NCBI GenBank assembly: GCA_964016885.1
Contig: OZ024742.1
Coordinates: 313,720,001-313,784,000, forward strand
Length of the DNA stretch: 64,000 bases
Reading direction: 5' to 3'
From: Eledone cirrhosa
Taxonomy: Eukaryota
Position numbers and translations under genes: made by a program. Numbering within the stretch: the first letter of the stretch is position 1; each line of letters opens with the position of its first letter. Of the stretch, positions 1 through 12,000 are shown piece by piece. The notes under the pieces are model-generated. The model did no database searches. It had not been told where the DNA came from and saw only the letters and a program-made list of their open reading frames with translations.

Positions 1-496
1 CGGCGTAGGCCGACACCACTTTCCGCAATCCCGGTTCCAAAGGGATGCCCTGCAACAACTCCAACTTCCGCAGTAGTGGCTCGAGAGTCAACACATACAG
101 AAGGGAGGAGAGAGGGCACCCTTGTTGGATGGACCGCGCGATTTTGAACGGCTCCGAGAGGTAACCGTTCACCTTGACCCTAGAGCAGATGCGGCTGCTG
201 TGCATAGCAGTGATCCAGCCCCTGAAAACGGGTCCGAAGCCTGCCGCCGCTAGCACCGCATCCAGGTAACCATGGTCAACCCCATCGAACGCCTTAGATT
301 GATCCAAGTTGATCAGAGCCCCACCAAAGCCGGGTTCGTTCCCAACCCTCTCTATGATGTATCGCATGAGGTGGAGGTTGTCATGGATGGACCTGGACGG
401 GATAGCGCATGTCTGCGCATCTCCCACCAGGTTGCCCACGACAAGCGCCAACCTCTTTGCTAGCACCTTGGCCAAAATCTGTAACTCTGTATTTAG
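1..496 (-). mobile_element. Tx1/L1-clade LINE RT fragment (second copy of 2795-3290, runs off window start)
   Basis: Identical to 2795-3290 at offset 2794. Encodes LNTELQILAKVLA...LDQSKAFD...QGCPLS...AYA. Confidence 0.9.
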
Positions 497-1157
497 ATAG
501 ATGGAGAGCCAGACAGACAGATATATAGATAGATGGAGAGCCAGACAGACAGATATATAGATAGATGGAGAGCTAGACAGACAGACAGACAGATATATAG
601 ATAGATGGAGAGACAGACAGACAGATATATAGATAGATGGAGAGCCAGACAGACAGACAGACAGATATATAGATAGATGGAGAGACAGACAGACAGACAG
701 ATATATAGATAGATGGAGAGCTAGACAGACAGACAGACATATAGATAGATGGAGAGACAGACAGACAGATATATAGATAGATGGAGAGCCAGACAGACAG
801 ACAGATATATAGATAGATGGAGAGACAGACAGACAGACAGATATATAGATAGATGGAGAGCTAGACAGACAGATATATAGATAGATGGAGAGCTAGACAG
901 ACAGATATATAGATAGATGGAGAGCTAGACAGACAGATATATAGATAGATGGAGAGCCAGACAGACAGACAGATATATAGATAGATGGAGAGACAGACAG
1001 ACAGATATATAGATAGATGGAGAGCCAGACAGACAGATATATAGATAGATGGAGAGCTAGACAGACAGACAGACAGACAGATAGATAGATGGAGAGCCAG
1101 ATAGACAGACATATAGATAGATGGAGAGCTAGACAGACATATAGATAGATAGATATA
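497..1157. repeat. Composite GATA/GACA satellite (~30-40 bp units AGATAGATGGAGAG(CT/CC)AGACAGACAGATATAT)
   Basis: Directly visible tandem units with a variable number of GACA repeats. Confidence 0.95.
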
Positions 1158-3290
1158 TTTCTTTTATTTGCCACTAGGGCATCAAAAGTGGGACAAGTAC
1201 AAAGGGGGGAGTTTACACAAAAAGGCGTCCTCAATAAGGAGGAGGCAATAACAAAATATAAAAATAAAATAAGATATAACAAAAAATAAAATTTTTAACA
1301 AAATCCTCAATAGAGAGGAGGCGCCTTGGGGGGTTGCACACACCCCCGAAAAAAGTGTGCAACCCTTCTCCTCAGGAGCACAGAGAAGGGGTGCTCCCTT
1401 GGTCTTTCATCTTCCTCACCTATAGTCTGATGTAGAGTGAAGGCCCATTCACACGGGCCATTCTCGCCACTTTCACCCATCTTTCATAGAAACGGCTGGG
1501 GTGCAGCACCTCTCTCTCCATCCTGATCCTTCTTCCGAAATGATATCGGAAGAAACGGACCAGTTGTTGGCCAGAGAGAAAGGTGCCCGACCTCAGTCCT
1601 TTCAGACGCGTCCACCATACAACCTCTTTCGCCATGGCTATTACGCACAGAAACACCGCCTCTGCTTCATCTTTGAAGGGGGGAGGCGGCTTGATCATTA
1701 CAATAGACTCGGTGGTCAACCGGATCGGTCCCACCCTTGACAGCAGTTGTTCGACATAGCCCCACAGATCGGCTACGCCCGAGCAGTGTACTAATGCGTG
1801 TGCAACGGTTTCCTCGTCGCACACGCATCTGGGACAGATCTTTTTGGCGGGGTCCCTACCCGGGCGCCCGTGTCTGTAGAGCCTTTCTCGAACGGGTAAA
1901 GCCCCTCGGTAGCACTGCCAGGCCAGGGACTTCTGGAAGTTGTCCATAGGTCCCGGGCTGAATGTCCTACCGAAAAGGCTGGCCAGTTCGTCCTCCTCCA
2001 TGTCTAGGGCTTCTCCGAGGGCGTCGTCGCACCTGCTGCGTACCAGCCCTCTATAGAATGTTGCGGTGGAGTCTCCACTGATAACCGGATCCGCCTGCCA
2101 GAGGGCGGTGAGCGCCTGGGCACACTCAGTGTGCCAGGCGCCCAGTTTTCTCGGTCTTTGCTTGACCCAGGATTGCAGCTCGGTGAGTGAGACGAGTCTG
2201 GGAAAGGTTCGTCTCACAAACGAGGCCCACACCGGTTGTCCGGTGAGGAATACGTAGAGGTGCCGTAGCCTTAATGCGTGTTTACGCATCATTAGCCACG
2301 GCATCCCCAGCCCTCCTTTCGAAGGGTGTTGACAGCAGATGGATCTCCTCACCATAGGAGCCCGCCTCTTCCAAAGGAATTGGAAGAGCGCGCGCTCCAT
2401 CTTGGTGAGGGTTTCCCTTGGGCAGGGCACTACAGTCAGGCGGTAGTAGATGACGGACGCTATGTAGGTGTTCGCCACCTCCGCCCGACCTTTCAGGGAT
2501 AGTTTGCAACTGGCCCACTTCTGGGTCAGTGCAAACACCCTGTTCGTAACCTCCGCCCAGTTTTTCTCCACTTGGAGGTCCGGTCCGAACCAGACCCCGA
2601 GCAACTTCACCGGGCCCTCCGTCCAGCGTCCGACGACGCCATCGGAGAGCATCGGTCTGCCCTCCACGTGCCGAGTTGCAAACCGATCGACTTGTCCCGG
2701 TTCAGCTTAGCCCCTGTGAACCTTTCGTACTCCTCCAGTAAGGTGCCGACCGCCTCGATTTCGGAGGCCGTCGACACCATTACTGTCACGTCATCGGCGT
2801 AGGCCGACACCACTTTCCGCAATCCCGGTTCCAAAGGGATGCCCTGCAACAACTCCAACTTCCGCAGTAGTGGCTCGAGAGTCAACACATACAGAAGGGA
2901 GGAGAGAGGGCACCCTTGTTGGATGGACCGCGCGATTTTGAACGGCTCCGAGAGGTAACCGTTCACCTTGACCCTAGAGCAGATGCGGCTGCTGTGCATA
3001 GCAGTGATCCAGCCCCTGAAAACGGGTCCGAAGCCTGCCGCCGCTAGCACCGCATCCAGGTAACCATGGTCAACCCCATCGAACGCCTTAGATTGATCCA
3101 AGTTGATCAGAGCCCCACCAAAGCCGGGTTCGTTCCCAACCCTCTCTATGATGTATCGCATGAGGTGGAGGTTGTCATGGATGGACCTGGACGGGATAGC
3201 GCATGTCTGCGCATCTCCCACCAGGTTGCCCACGACAAGCGCCAACCTCTTTGCTAGCACCTTGGCCAAAATCTGTAACTCTGTATTTAG
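1158..3290 (-). mobile_element. 5'-truncated Tx1/L1-clade non-LTR retrotransposon
   Basis: RT motifs, C-terminal CPRC..EETVAHALVHC zinc knuckle, and a 3' UTR ending GCCCTAGTGGCAAATAAAAGAAA directly on the satellite. Confidence 0.88.
1420..3290 (-). pseudogene. ORF2 remnant (RT plus C-terminal domain) with a 1-nt frameshift near 2660-2663
   Basis: ORFs 2607-3269 (AYADD) and 1420-2667 join as LGTWR-GRPM if one G is restored in a short G run. Confidence 0.85.
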
Positions 3291-4035
3291 ATAGATGGAG
3301 AGCCAGACAGACAGATATATAGATAGATGGAGAGCCAGACAGACAGATATATAGATAGATGGAGAGCTAGACAGACAGACAGACAGATATATAGATAGAT
3401 GGAGAGACAGACAGACAGATATATAGATAGATGGAGAGCCAGACAGACAGACAGACAGATATATAGATAGATGGAGAGACAGACAGACAGACAGATATAT
3501 AGATAGATGGAGAGCTAGACAGACAGACAGACATATAGATAGATGGAGAGACAGACAGACAGATATATAGATAGATGGAAAGCCAGACAGACAGACAGAT
3601 ATATAGATAGATGGAGAGACAGACAGACAGACAGATATATAGATAGATGGAGAGCTAGACAGACAGATATATAGATAGATGGAGAGCTAGACAGACAGAT
3701 ATATAGATAGATGGAGAGCTAGACAGACAGATATATAGATAGATGGAGAGCCAGACAGACAGACAGATATATAGATAGATGGAGAGACAGACAGACAGAT
3801 ATATAGATAGATGGAGAGCCAGACAGACAGATATATAGATAGATGGAGAGCTAGACAGACAGACAGACAGACAGATAGATAGATGGAGAGCCAGATAGAC
3901 AGACATATAGATAGATGGAGAGCTAGACAGACATATAGATAGATAGATAGATAGAGAAACAAACTGATAGATAGGTAAATTATATAGACAGACTTCAGAA
4001 AGATAGATGGAGAGACAGACAGACAGATAGATATC
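3291..4035. repeat. Composite GATA/GACA satellite (copy of 497-1157 plus degenerate extension)
   Basis: Same unit order as the first array; one substitution seen at ~3580. Confidence 0.95.
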
Positions 4036-4271
4036 TTATATAACATTGTTGTCATAACTATGGTGCAGTTCCTCCACCCACATTTCTTTTCATTATGACA
4101 TTCTTATCAATTGTATAATTTTAATAACATTTAACAGAGACATCTTTCTCGAGCTGTAGATTACAATTATGTTGAAATGTAATTTTAAAAATTATTTTTG
4201 CTCTAATCTCTAGTTTGTTATGATTACTTGTCAATAAAGAAGGGAACATTATACTTTCATTATTGTTTTAT

Positions 4272-4775
4272 ACTTCACTGGATTGGTTGTGTCAGTAGAG
4301 CATCAGACAATATGGCATATAGTTACCTTCCTTTATATTCTGAGTTTAAATCTTGCTGAGGTTATCTTTGCCTTTCATCCTTACGGGGGTGATAAAATAA
4401 AGTACCTGTAATGCACTGGGGTCGATTTAACCAACTTTTCTCTCCCCCCTAATTGTTGGCCTTGTGCCTAAATCAGAAACCATTATTATACATCCACGTG
4501 TTGAATTGGCAGTATCGGTAGAGGGTCGGACACCATGATTTGACGCATAGAGTTACGGCCCTTGCCATTCTGAGTTCAAATCCCGCCGAGGTTAACTTTG
4601 CCTTTCATCCTTACGGGTCGATAAAATAAAGTACCAGTAATGTACTGGGTAATTGCTGGCCTTGTGCTAATAGTAGAAACAATTATTATACGTCCACGAA
4701 AATGTTCTGAGTTCAAATCCTGCTGAGGTTAGCTTTGCCTTTCATCCTTATGGGGTTGATAAAATAACGATTTAA
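4272..4775 (+). mobile_element. Cluster of three SINE family M copies (tRNA head plus central GCCTTTCATCCTTACGGGGTCGATAAAATAAAGTACC domain, Meta-SINE-like)
   Basis: A-box-like TGGCAGTATCGG and B-box GAGTTCAAATCC; more than 12 related copies in the window. The third copy is interrupted and resumes at ~5076-5120. Confidence 0.8.
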
Positions 4776-4782
4776 TTGACTT

Positions 4783-5072
4783 CCCTTCTTCTTTTTCTTC
4801 GTTTTCACCCACTTATTCCTGAGAGGGTTGTGGGGGCAGAGTCCACAAACACTCCTTCCAGCGGGTCCTGTCAGAAGCAGCCATCTCCAACTGATCTGGC
4901 TGGATCTCCAAGTGAGACCAGCCAAGCTCAGGGATGTTATCTACCCCTGGGTCTTCTGCCGCTTGGTTTTACCTGTAAAATCTATCCAGCAATTCTTTCC
5001 TGAGACATTCTAACCACATGCCCATAGTATCAGAGCTGTGATCTTTCAATTCAGAGAAGTAGTGGTTCTACT
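4783..5072 (-). mobile_element. Decayed RTE (Expander/Rex3-like) 3' end with (AAG)n tail
   Basis: Reverse strand reads EPLLLxIERSQLxYYGHVVRM...GRRPRGR with stops. Related copies at ~24905-25155 and ~28820-29098 (+). Confidence 0.7.
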
Positions 5073-5271
5073 TGTCACTTAAAATTGTTGGCCTTGTGCC
5101 AAAGTCTGAACACATTATTGTTTTATACTTCCATTCATTAATATTTTCATTACATTTGATCTATAATTATTGCAGGTGAAACATAAACTTGAAAATCTTT
5201 TCATCATACTTTCCAATCTCAGATTTTTTTTCTCCAGGAACATGATGATATTTCTTCAACTATCAATTGAG

Positions 5272-5302
<31 letters not shown>

Positions 5303-5524
5303 TTTTTGAAAAAAATTATCATTAACATAATTATCTACACCTGTATGTATCATTAAGAAAATTATGAGGAAGCAGATTGAGTGGATGGGGGTAGGCTGAC
5401 TAAACTATAGTTATACCATATAGGTTACTTTTTGTGATTGATAGCTATAGAGAGACAGAAGGATAGATAGATATATGTTGGTTACCTTTTGTGATTGATA
5501 GCTATATCTAACTAAACCAATCAT

Positions 5525-5655
5525 TAACTTTGCTGTTGTTACTGAGTAACCATTATTTTACTGTGCAAACCCAAAGCCAATTCCTGCGTATTTAGCGTCC
5601 TTGGTTAGCTCTACAATATGTGCCACTTCTCCAAGTTATGCACATCCTTCTTCCA
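5525..5655 (-). mobile_element. Possible Gypsy RNase H remnant
   Basis: Reverse translation IVELTKDAKYAGIGFGFAQ resembles the TDASxxGIGxxLxQ motif; contains stops. Confidence 0.3.
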
Positions 5656-5659
5656 AATA

Positions 5660-5884
5660 AAATAATTGTTTCTACTTCAGACACAAGGCCAGCAATTTTG
5701 GAGGAGGGGGAAGTCGATTAAATCAACCCCAGTGTATTACTGGTACTTTATTTTGTCGACCCTGTAAGGACGAAAGGCAAAGCTAACCTCGGCAGGATTT
5801 GAACTCAGAACGCAAAGGGCTATAACTCTGTGCTGCAAAGCATGGTGTCTGATGCTCTACCGATACTGCCAAACCACCGCCCTA
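5660..5884 (-). mobile_element. SINE family M, full length
   Basis: Reverse complement of the 4497-4690 consensus. Confidence 0.85.
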
Positions 5885-6426
5885 CAAATGTGTACAATAA
5901 TTATATTCATCGTCCTCCTTCTCATCATCATTATCATCACCATCACCATCATCATTATCATTATTATTTAACATCTCCTTTCCAATACAGTAGTAATTCT
6001 TCCTTACATTGGAACAAGGCCAGCAAATAATAACATGTTGTGCTGCAAGTATCTAATCATCTGCCTGGGTTGTAAATTTAAATATATATATATTTTTTGC
6101 AATTGTTTTGCTTGCTCCTTTAATTTCTAAAAGAAAAAAAAAGGGGGATAAAAAGAAAGAGAAAAAGAATTCTTTCTTTTCATCTTACGTTTCTTTATTG
6201 TTATTTGATGATGTTGATTATGAAGATAATAATGACAACTGCCATGATTTTCTTTTATTATCTTCATTATCATGGCTGATGGTTTGAGAAATACATCAAA
6301 AGTTTCCCTTCTTAACAAGAATTAAGCACTTCTCAGAGGTCATGCATAAAAGTGTTCAAGGTTAATGAAAACCAAATCAAGGTTATCGGTAGGAGGACAA
6401 CAATGAAATGCAGACATGAAACCAGA

Positions 6427-6428
6427 AA

Positions 6429-6460
<32 letters not shown>

Positions 6461-6535
6461 ATGATGATTTCATTTATTGGCCACAAGGGCCGACATGTAA
6501 GGGGACAATACAAAGGCAGAGACAGTGGGGGTTTA
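6427..6535 (-). mobile_element. Tx1/L1-like 3' terminal fragment abutting (TAG)n
   Basis: Reverse strand GCCCTTGTGGCCAATAAATGAAA matches the 3' end of the 1158-3290 element. Confidence 0.55.
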
Positions 6536-6537
6536 AA

Positions 6538-6945
6538 ATAATAATGATTTCTATTTTAGGCACAAGGCCAGCAATTTGGGGCGAGGGGAAAGTTGATTAA
6601 ATCAACTCCAGTGCATTACTGGTACTTTATTTTATTGACCCCGTAAGAATGTAAGGCAAAGTTAACCTCGGCTGGATTTGAACTCAGAATGTAAAGAGAC
6701 GTAATTCTGCCGCAAAGCAAGGAGTCTGACACTCTACCGATTCTGCCAATCCACCGCCCTAATAATAATAATGATAATAATAATAATTATAATTATTATT
6801 TCTAAATTTGGCACAAGGCCAGCAATTTGAAGGAAAGTGGGAAAGTCAATTAAATCGATCCTAGTAAGTTACTGGTAGTTTATTTTATCGACCCCTTAAG
6901 GATAAAAGACAAAGCTAACCTCAGCGATATTTGAACTCAGAACGT
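6538..6945 (-). mobile_element. Two SINE family M copies separated by (TAA)n
   Basis: Same central domain and B box. Confidence 0.85.
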
Positions 6946-7164
6946 AATAAGTAGGAAGACAAAACTGAATACTGGAAAAAAGAGGAAGGGAGGAGCAGAC
7001 TCTACACCCTTGTTAAGGTGGTATATTTCAGCTGTATCTCGAGGCTTGTATTATCAGGCCGATAGATCAGCCCTGTTGTCTCCAAGGGGTTAATTGTATG
7101 TAAGGCTGTATGACTTGTGTATATCTGCATTGATATCAGTCTGTATTAGTATCAGTCTGCATTC

Positions 7165-7414
7165 TTGTTGTTAGCCCCAATGTAGTTAAGTTCTACTTAC
7201 TATTGTCATGTTTTATTAAAGTAGATAACTTTATTTACCCTTCAAACTTTACCTATCTTTCTAGGTCTTGGTAACAAGAAGTTCCCATCTTTGTTGTTAG
7301 CCTTGCATAGTTAGGTTCTACTTAATATTGTCATGTTTTACTCAAGTAGATAATTTTATTTACCCTTCAAACATTACCTATCTTTCTAGGTCTTGGTAAC
7401 AAGAAGTTTCCATT
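7165..7414 (+). repeat. 125-bp tandem duplication containing the 3' splice site and exon start
   Basis: TACCTATCTTTCTAG|GTCTTGGTAACAAGAAGTT occurs with AG at 7263-7264 and again at 7388-7389. Confidence 0.92.
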
Positions 7415-7559
7415 TCATCTACTTGTCATACATGGTTCCATAAAAATTAATTATACCAGTGAATTCAAACGAGAACATTTTTTGTCTTGGATGAAGAATG
7501 ACCCTAGTGGAGCTGTTGAAGGAATTGTCTGGCATTGTAATGATGGAGCATTATTTAAG
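7390..7559 (+). CDS. RLIG1: Internal exon of a C12orf29/RLIG1-like RNA ligase
   Basis: Bounded by ctag| and AAG|gtaagt. Reads (G)LGNKKFPFHLLVIHGSIKINYTSEFKREHFLSWMKNDPSGAVEGIVWHCNDGALFK, matching the GLGxKKxPxHLLxxHG and EGIVWHCxDG motifs recalled for vertebrate C12orf29. Confidence 0.88.
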
Positions 7560-7929
7560 GTAAGTAAACTTAACAAATCTTATATCTGATAATTTATTTT
7601 TTGAAACTTTTGTTACCATATGTGAAGGTGTGTAGCCTGGTGGTTAATGTGTTGGACTCATGGTCATCTGGTCATGGGTTCAATTCCTAGACCAAGTGAC
7701 ACATTGTGTTCTTGATATTAAAATTTGATTCTAATATCTGAAAGTTGCTTTATATATATATAGCTGGTATCTGAAAGATATGGGGTTCAATTCATCATAG
7801 TGGCCAATGGCAACTTCTTTTTCCATCTTTTAAAGGTGTTCACTTTATTTTATAAGCTATCTTTATAGCATTTCTGTGTTTGAGCACTTTCTTTATACTT
7901 ATATATATATATACATAAATATATATATA

Positions 7930-8293
7930 TAGAATAAGAAAATGCGAAGTAGTTTCAGATATTAAAGTCCTTTAATATTAATGCTGTGGTACATATTTCA
8001 ATGATGACAGTGGCCACACGCTTCGGTGTACCCAGTGATTATTACATAATAGGGTTATTTGCCTCGGGGAAAATAACCCTATTATGTAAGAAGCAGTCTG
8101 ATGATATCACGGCACTGGGTACGCCGAAGCGTGTGGCCACTGTCGTCATTGAAATATGTACCACAGCATTAACATTAGAGGACTTTAACATCTGAAACTA
8201 CCTTGCATTTTCTTATTCTAAATATACTCCGTCACTCCTATGTGGAAAAGTACGTTGAGTGCTTGAATTGAATTGCATGAATGTTTACCATAA

Positions 8294-8295
<2 letters not shown>
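7930..8295 (+). mobile_element. PLE-like 3' fragment with inverted 5' arm (palindrome 7930-8220) in (TA)n
   Basis: Inverted arms of ~105 bp, an inner 19-bp hairpin, a degenerate hammerhead at 8094-8151, and TA flanks. Confidence 0.65.
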
Positions 8296-8346
<51 letters not shown>

Positions 8347-8421
8347 TGTACCACTAGAGCTGATTCAAATTTTCCCAGCCAGCCATCCACCTAATCTACG
8401 AAGGTATTTTAGCCTACATAT

Positions 8422-8750
8422 TGTCGTTAATATTATGATGTTCCCTGCTGTATTAGCGTTAAATTTTCCCTGCTGTATTAGCGATAAATTTTCGAGGGTT
8501 TCTCTTAGTAGCTTTTTCATGTCGTTAATATTATGATGTTCCCTGCTGTATTAGCGTTAAATTTTCCCTGCTGTATTAGCGATAAATTTTCGAGGGTTTC
8601 TCTTAGTAGCTTTTTCATGTCGTTAATATTATGATGTTCCCTGCTGTATTAGCGTTAAATTTTCCCTGCTGTTATTAGCGTTAAATTTTCCCTGCTGTAT
8701 TAGCGATAAATTTTCGAGGGTTTCTCTTAGTAGCTTTTTTCATGACGTTA
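8422..8750 (+). repeat. Three 98-bp tandem monomers with an internal 25-bp subrepeat in the putative RTE 5' UTR
   Basis: Units start at 8422, 8520 and 8618; subrepeat TTCCCTGCTGTATTAGCG(T/A)TAAATT. Confidence 0.92.
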
Positions 8751-9058
8751 TTATTGTTAATTTTACTGATGTAGTATTAACTTGGATATTTACCATGCGA
8801 CCCTCAGTTCCTACCTCACAATTTCCCTCCCCCCCACCCCCACACACCACCATAGTCTATTCGACCAATCAAACCTAGCATGCCATTTCCACTGCTGCTG
8901 CTGCTACTACCTGCCTAACTAACTCTCTCCTCCTCTGGCGCATCCCAACACACCCTGCCATTACCCCACCACCACTGTCCTTCTAGCCCTCAATTTTCCC
9001 ACCGTTAGGGATGGATGAGCTGGGAATACACGAGCAACTCTGAATCAATAGATGAAAT

Positions 9059-12000
9059 ATGAATCTGCGAGCTACCAAGCACCCACGTGAAGCGCCAACC
9101 CAGAGACCCTCCCCTACGAGTGTCGACAAATGCCCAAAACTCCGAGTTGGTACCATCAATGTAGGCTCAATGAAAGGAAGAGCAGGAGAAATCGTAGAAA
9201 TGCTAGAGCGAAAGGAAGTTGATGTATGCTGTGTGCAAGAGACTAGATGGAGAGGAGGGTCTGCTAGAGTCCTTGTAGGAAAAAGCCAGTGCTACAAATT
9301 TTTCTGGGTGGGAAATGACGATGGGATGGGTGGTGTAGGTATACTATTAGCTGACAAGTGGGTAGATAAAGTAATCTCAGTGTACAGGGTAAATGCAAGA
9401 ATCATTAAACTCAGACTAGTCCTGAATAAGACAATTACCACAATAATATCAGCTTACGCACCCCAATCGGGGCTGCCAGACGAACTTAAGGATAGGTTTT
9501 ACGAGTCCCTAATACACACTACTGCTCTAACAGACGACAAGGACTTCCTAATCATTGCAGGAGATTTTAACGGACCCGTAGGTAAACACTGCGACGGCTT
9601 CAATAGAGTACATGGAGGCCATGGAGTTGGCACAAGGAATGAGGAAGGATTCAGACTTCTAGAATTCTGCGACGCCAATGACATGTCGATATGTAACACA
9701 AACTTTAAAAAACCCGACAACCACCTGATCACCTATAGATCAGGGGAGCACTCTAGTCAGTTAGATTTTATCCTCATCAGAGGACGTGACAGATGGACGG
9801 TCGTAAACACAAAAGCCTTCCCTAGTGAGGAATGTACATCCCAACATAGCTTAGTTGTCAGCGACCTCACGGTCAGAACTAGACGAGCCCTGAAACAGAG
9901 GCCAACCTGGAGAAGAAAGATCTGGAAGCTGAAAGTCCCCTCAACCAGTAACAGATTTAAAGATATTTTACTCAACGCCTACGACAGTAAAGAAGAACAG
10001 ATAGAGACATTTAACGTAGAAGAGAACTGGGAGTTCCTAAAAAATAACTTACTAGAGGCGACGGATGAGGTTTGTGGCTGGAGTAAGACCTCAAGCAGGA
10101 GGAGAGTGACTTGGTGGTGGAACAATAAGGTAGATGAAGCAGTCAAGGCCAAGAGACAGGCATGGAAAGAATGGAAGAACGGGGGGAGCAGGGTACATTA
10201 CATAGAGACCAAGAGGGAAGCTAGGCGACAAGTATACTTAGCTAGGAGGGAAGCAGAGGATAGAAAATTCAAGCATGTTTTACAACGTGAGGACCAGAAA
10301 CAGGAGGTATTCAAGATTGCGAGGCAGTGTGTCAGAGATAGTTGTGATGTCATTGGAGAGAAGTGTATCCGGAATGATAAAGGTGAGCTTGCCCTCACAA
10401 GTGCTGAGAAGAAAGATGCATGGAAGAGTCATTATGATAGATTACTAAATGAGGAGAATGCATGGGAAGAAGAGACCCTACCCCACGTAGACCCTATAGA
10501 GGGACCAGCAGTACAAGTCAGCGGCAGCGTAGTAAGTAAGGCAATCAGAGATATGAAGATAGGGAAGGCAACCGGTCCATCGGGTATAGCTGCCGAGATG
10601 CTGAAGGCATCTGGGTCTGTAGGTCACACTATAACCACACGTATCGTTAACCAGGTAATACTAGAGGGGGCCATACCAAAAGATTGGTGCAGTAGCATCA
10701 TTGTCAACTGCTACAAAGGTAAAGGCGATGCACTAGATAGAGGAAACTATAGAGGTATAAAGTTGATGGACCAGGTCATGAAAGTAACAGAAAGAGTTAT
10801 AGCACAGCTGATTAGGGACCGGGTGAATATAGACGAGATGCAATTTGGGTTTGTTCCAGGGAAAGGCACCACTGATGCGCTCTTCCTTGTGAGGCAATTA
10901 CAGGAAAAGTACCTAGCTAAAAGTAAGCCACTCTACTTGGCATTTGTCGACCTTGAGAAAGCCTTTGACAGAGTTCCACGTGCAGTAATCTGGTGGGCTC
11001 TTAGAAAACTAGGAGTAGATGAATGGCTTGTGAAAGCGGTACAAGCCATGTATAGGGGAGCAGTCAGCAAAGTTAGGATTGGCAATGAGTATAGCGAGGA
11101 ATTTAGCGTACAGGTTGGGGTCCACCAGGGCTCTGTTCTTAGCCCTCTCCTGTTCATCATAGTCCTGCAGGCAATAACGGAGGAGTTTAAGACCGGATGC
11201 CCATGGGAACTCCTGTATGCTGATGACCTCGCACTCATAGCTGAATCTATGGTAGAACTAGAGAATAAATTCCAAACCTGGAAGCAGGGACTAGAGAGAA
11301 AGGGCCTCAAAGTCAACATGACAAAGACTAAGGTCCTTATAAGTAGACGAGAAAACAGAACCCAGATCCCCTCAGGGAAATGGCCTTGCTCAGTATGTAG
11401 GAAAGGTGTAGGTAGGAACTCCATTCTTTGCCCCAAATGCAAACAATGGGTACACAAGAGATGTAGCGGGATCTCAGGAAGCTTAATTAAGAATGTAGGA
11501 TTCACATGCAGCAGCTGTGCTGAAACAGCAAGCAAACAGCCACAGGAAACAAGTACCACCAATCTCTGGGAGGGCCCTGTAGAAACAGTAGACAGCTTCT
11601 GCTACCTAGGTGACCGAATTAGCAACGGAGGTGGGTGCTCAGAAAGTACAATAACTAGGGTAAGAACGGGATGGAAGAAGTTTAGGGAACTACTACCACT
11701 GCTAGCTGCAAAAGGCTTCTCCCTCAGAATGAAAGGCAGACTGTATGATGCGTGTATCCGAACAGCGATGTTGCATGGTAGTGAGACCTGGGCGCTGAAG
11801 GTGGAAGACTTACGTAGATTAGAGAGAAACGAAGCCTGCATGCTCCGATGGATGTGTAACAGTAATATACGTGAACGACAAAGCATAAATGAATTGAGAG
11901 AGAGACTGAGCATAAGAGGAATCAAATGCTGCGTGCAGGAGAGGCGGTTACGCTGGTATGGACATGCGATGCGTATGAAGGATGACAGCTGCATAAAAAG

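Noticed and set aside
497-1157. Regularly spaced repeats resembling a CRISPR array (also 8422-8750 and 21210-21632)
   Set aside because: No unique spacers, no cas genes, eukaryotic context.
5160-5310. Possible extra exon next to the A/T homopolymer run
   Set aside because: Short frames with stops and no similarity to the expected upstream ligase motifs; homopolymer lengths are unreliable.
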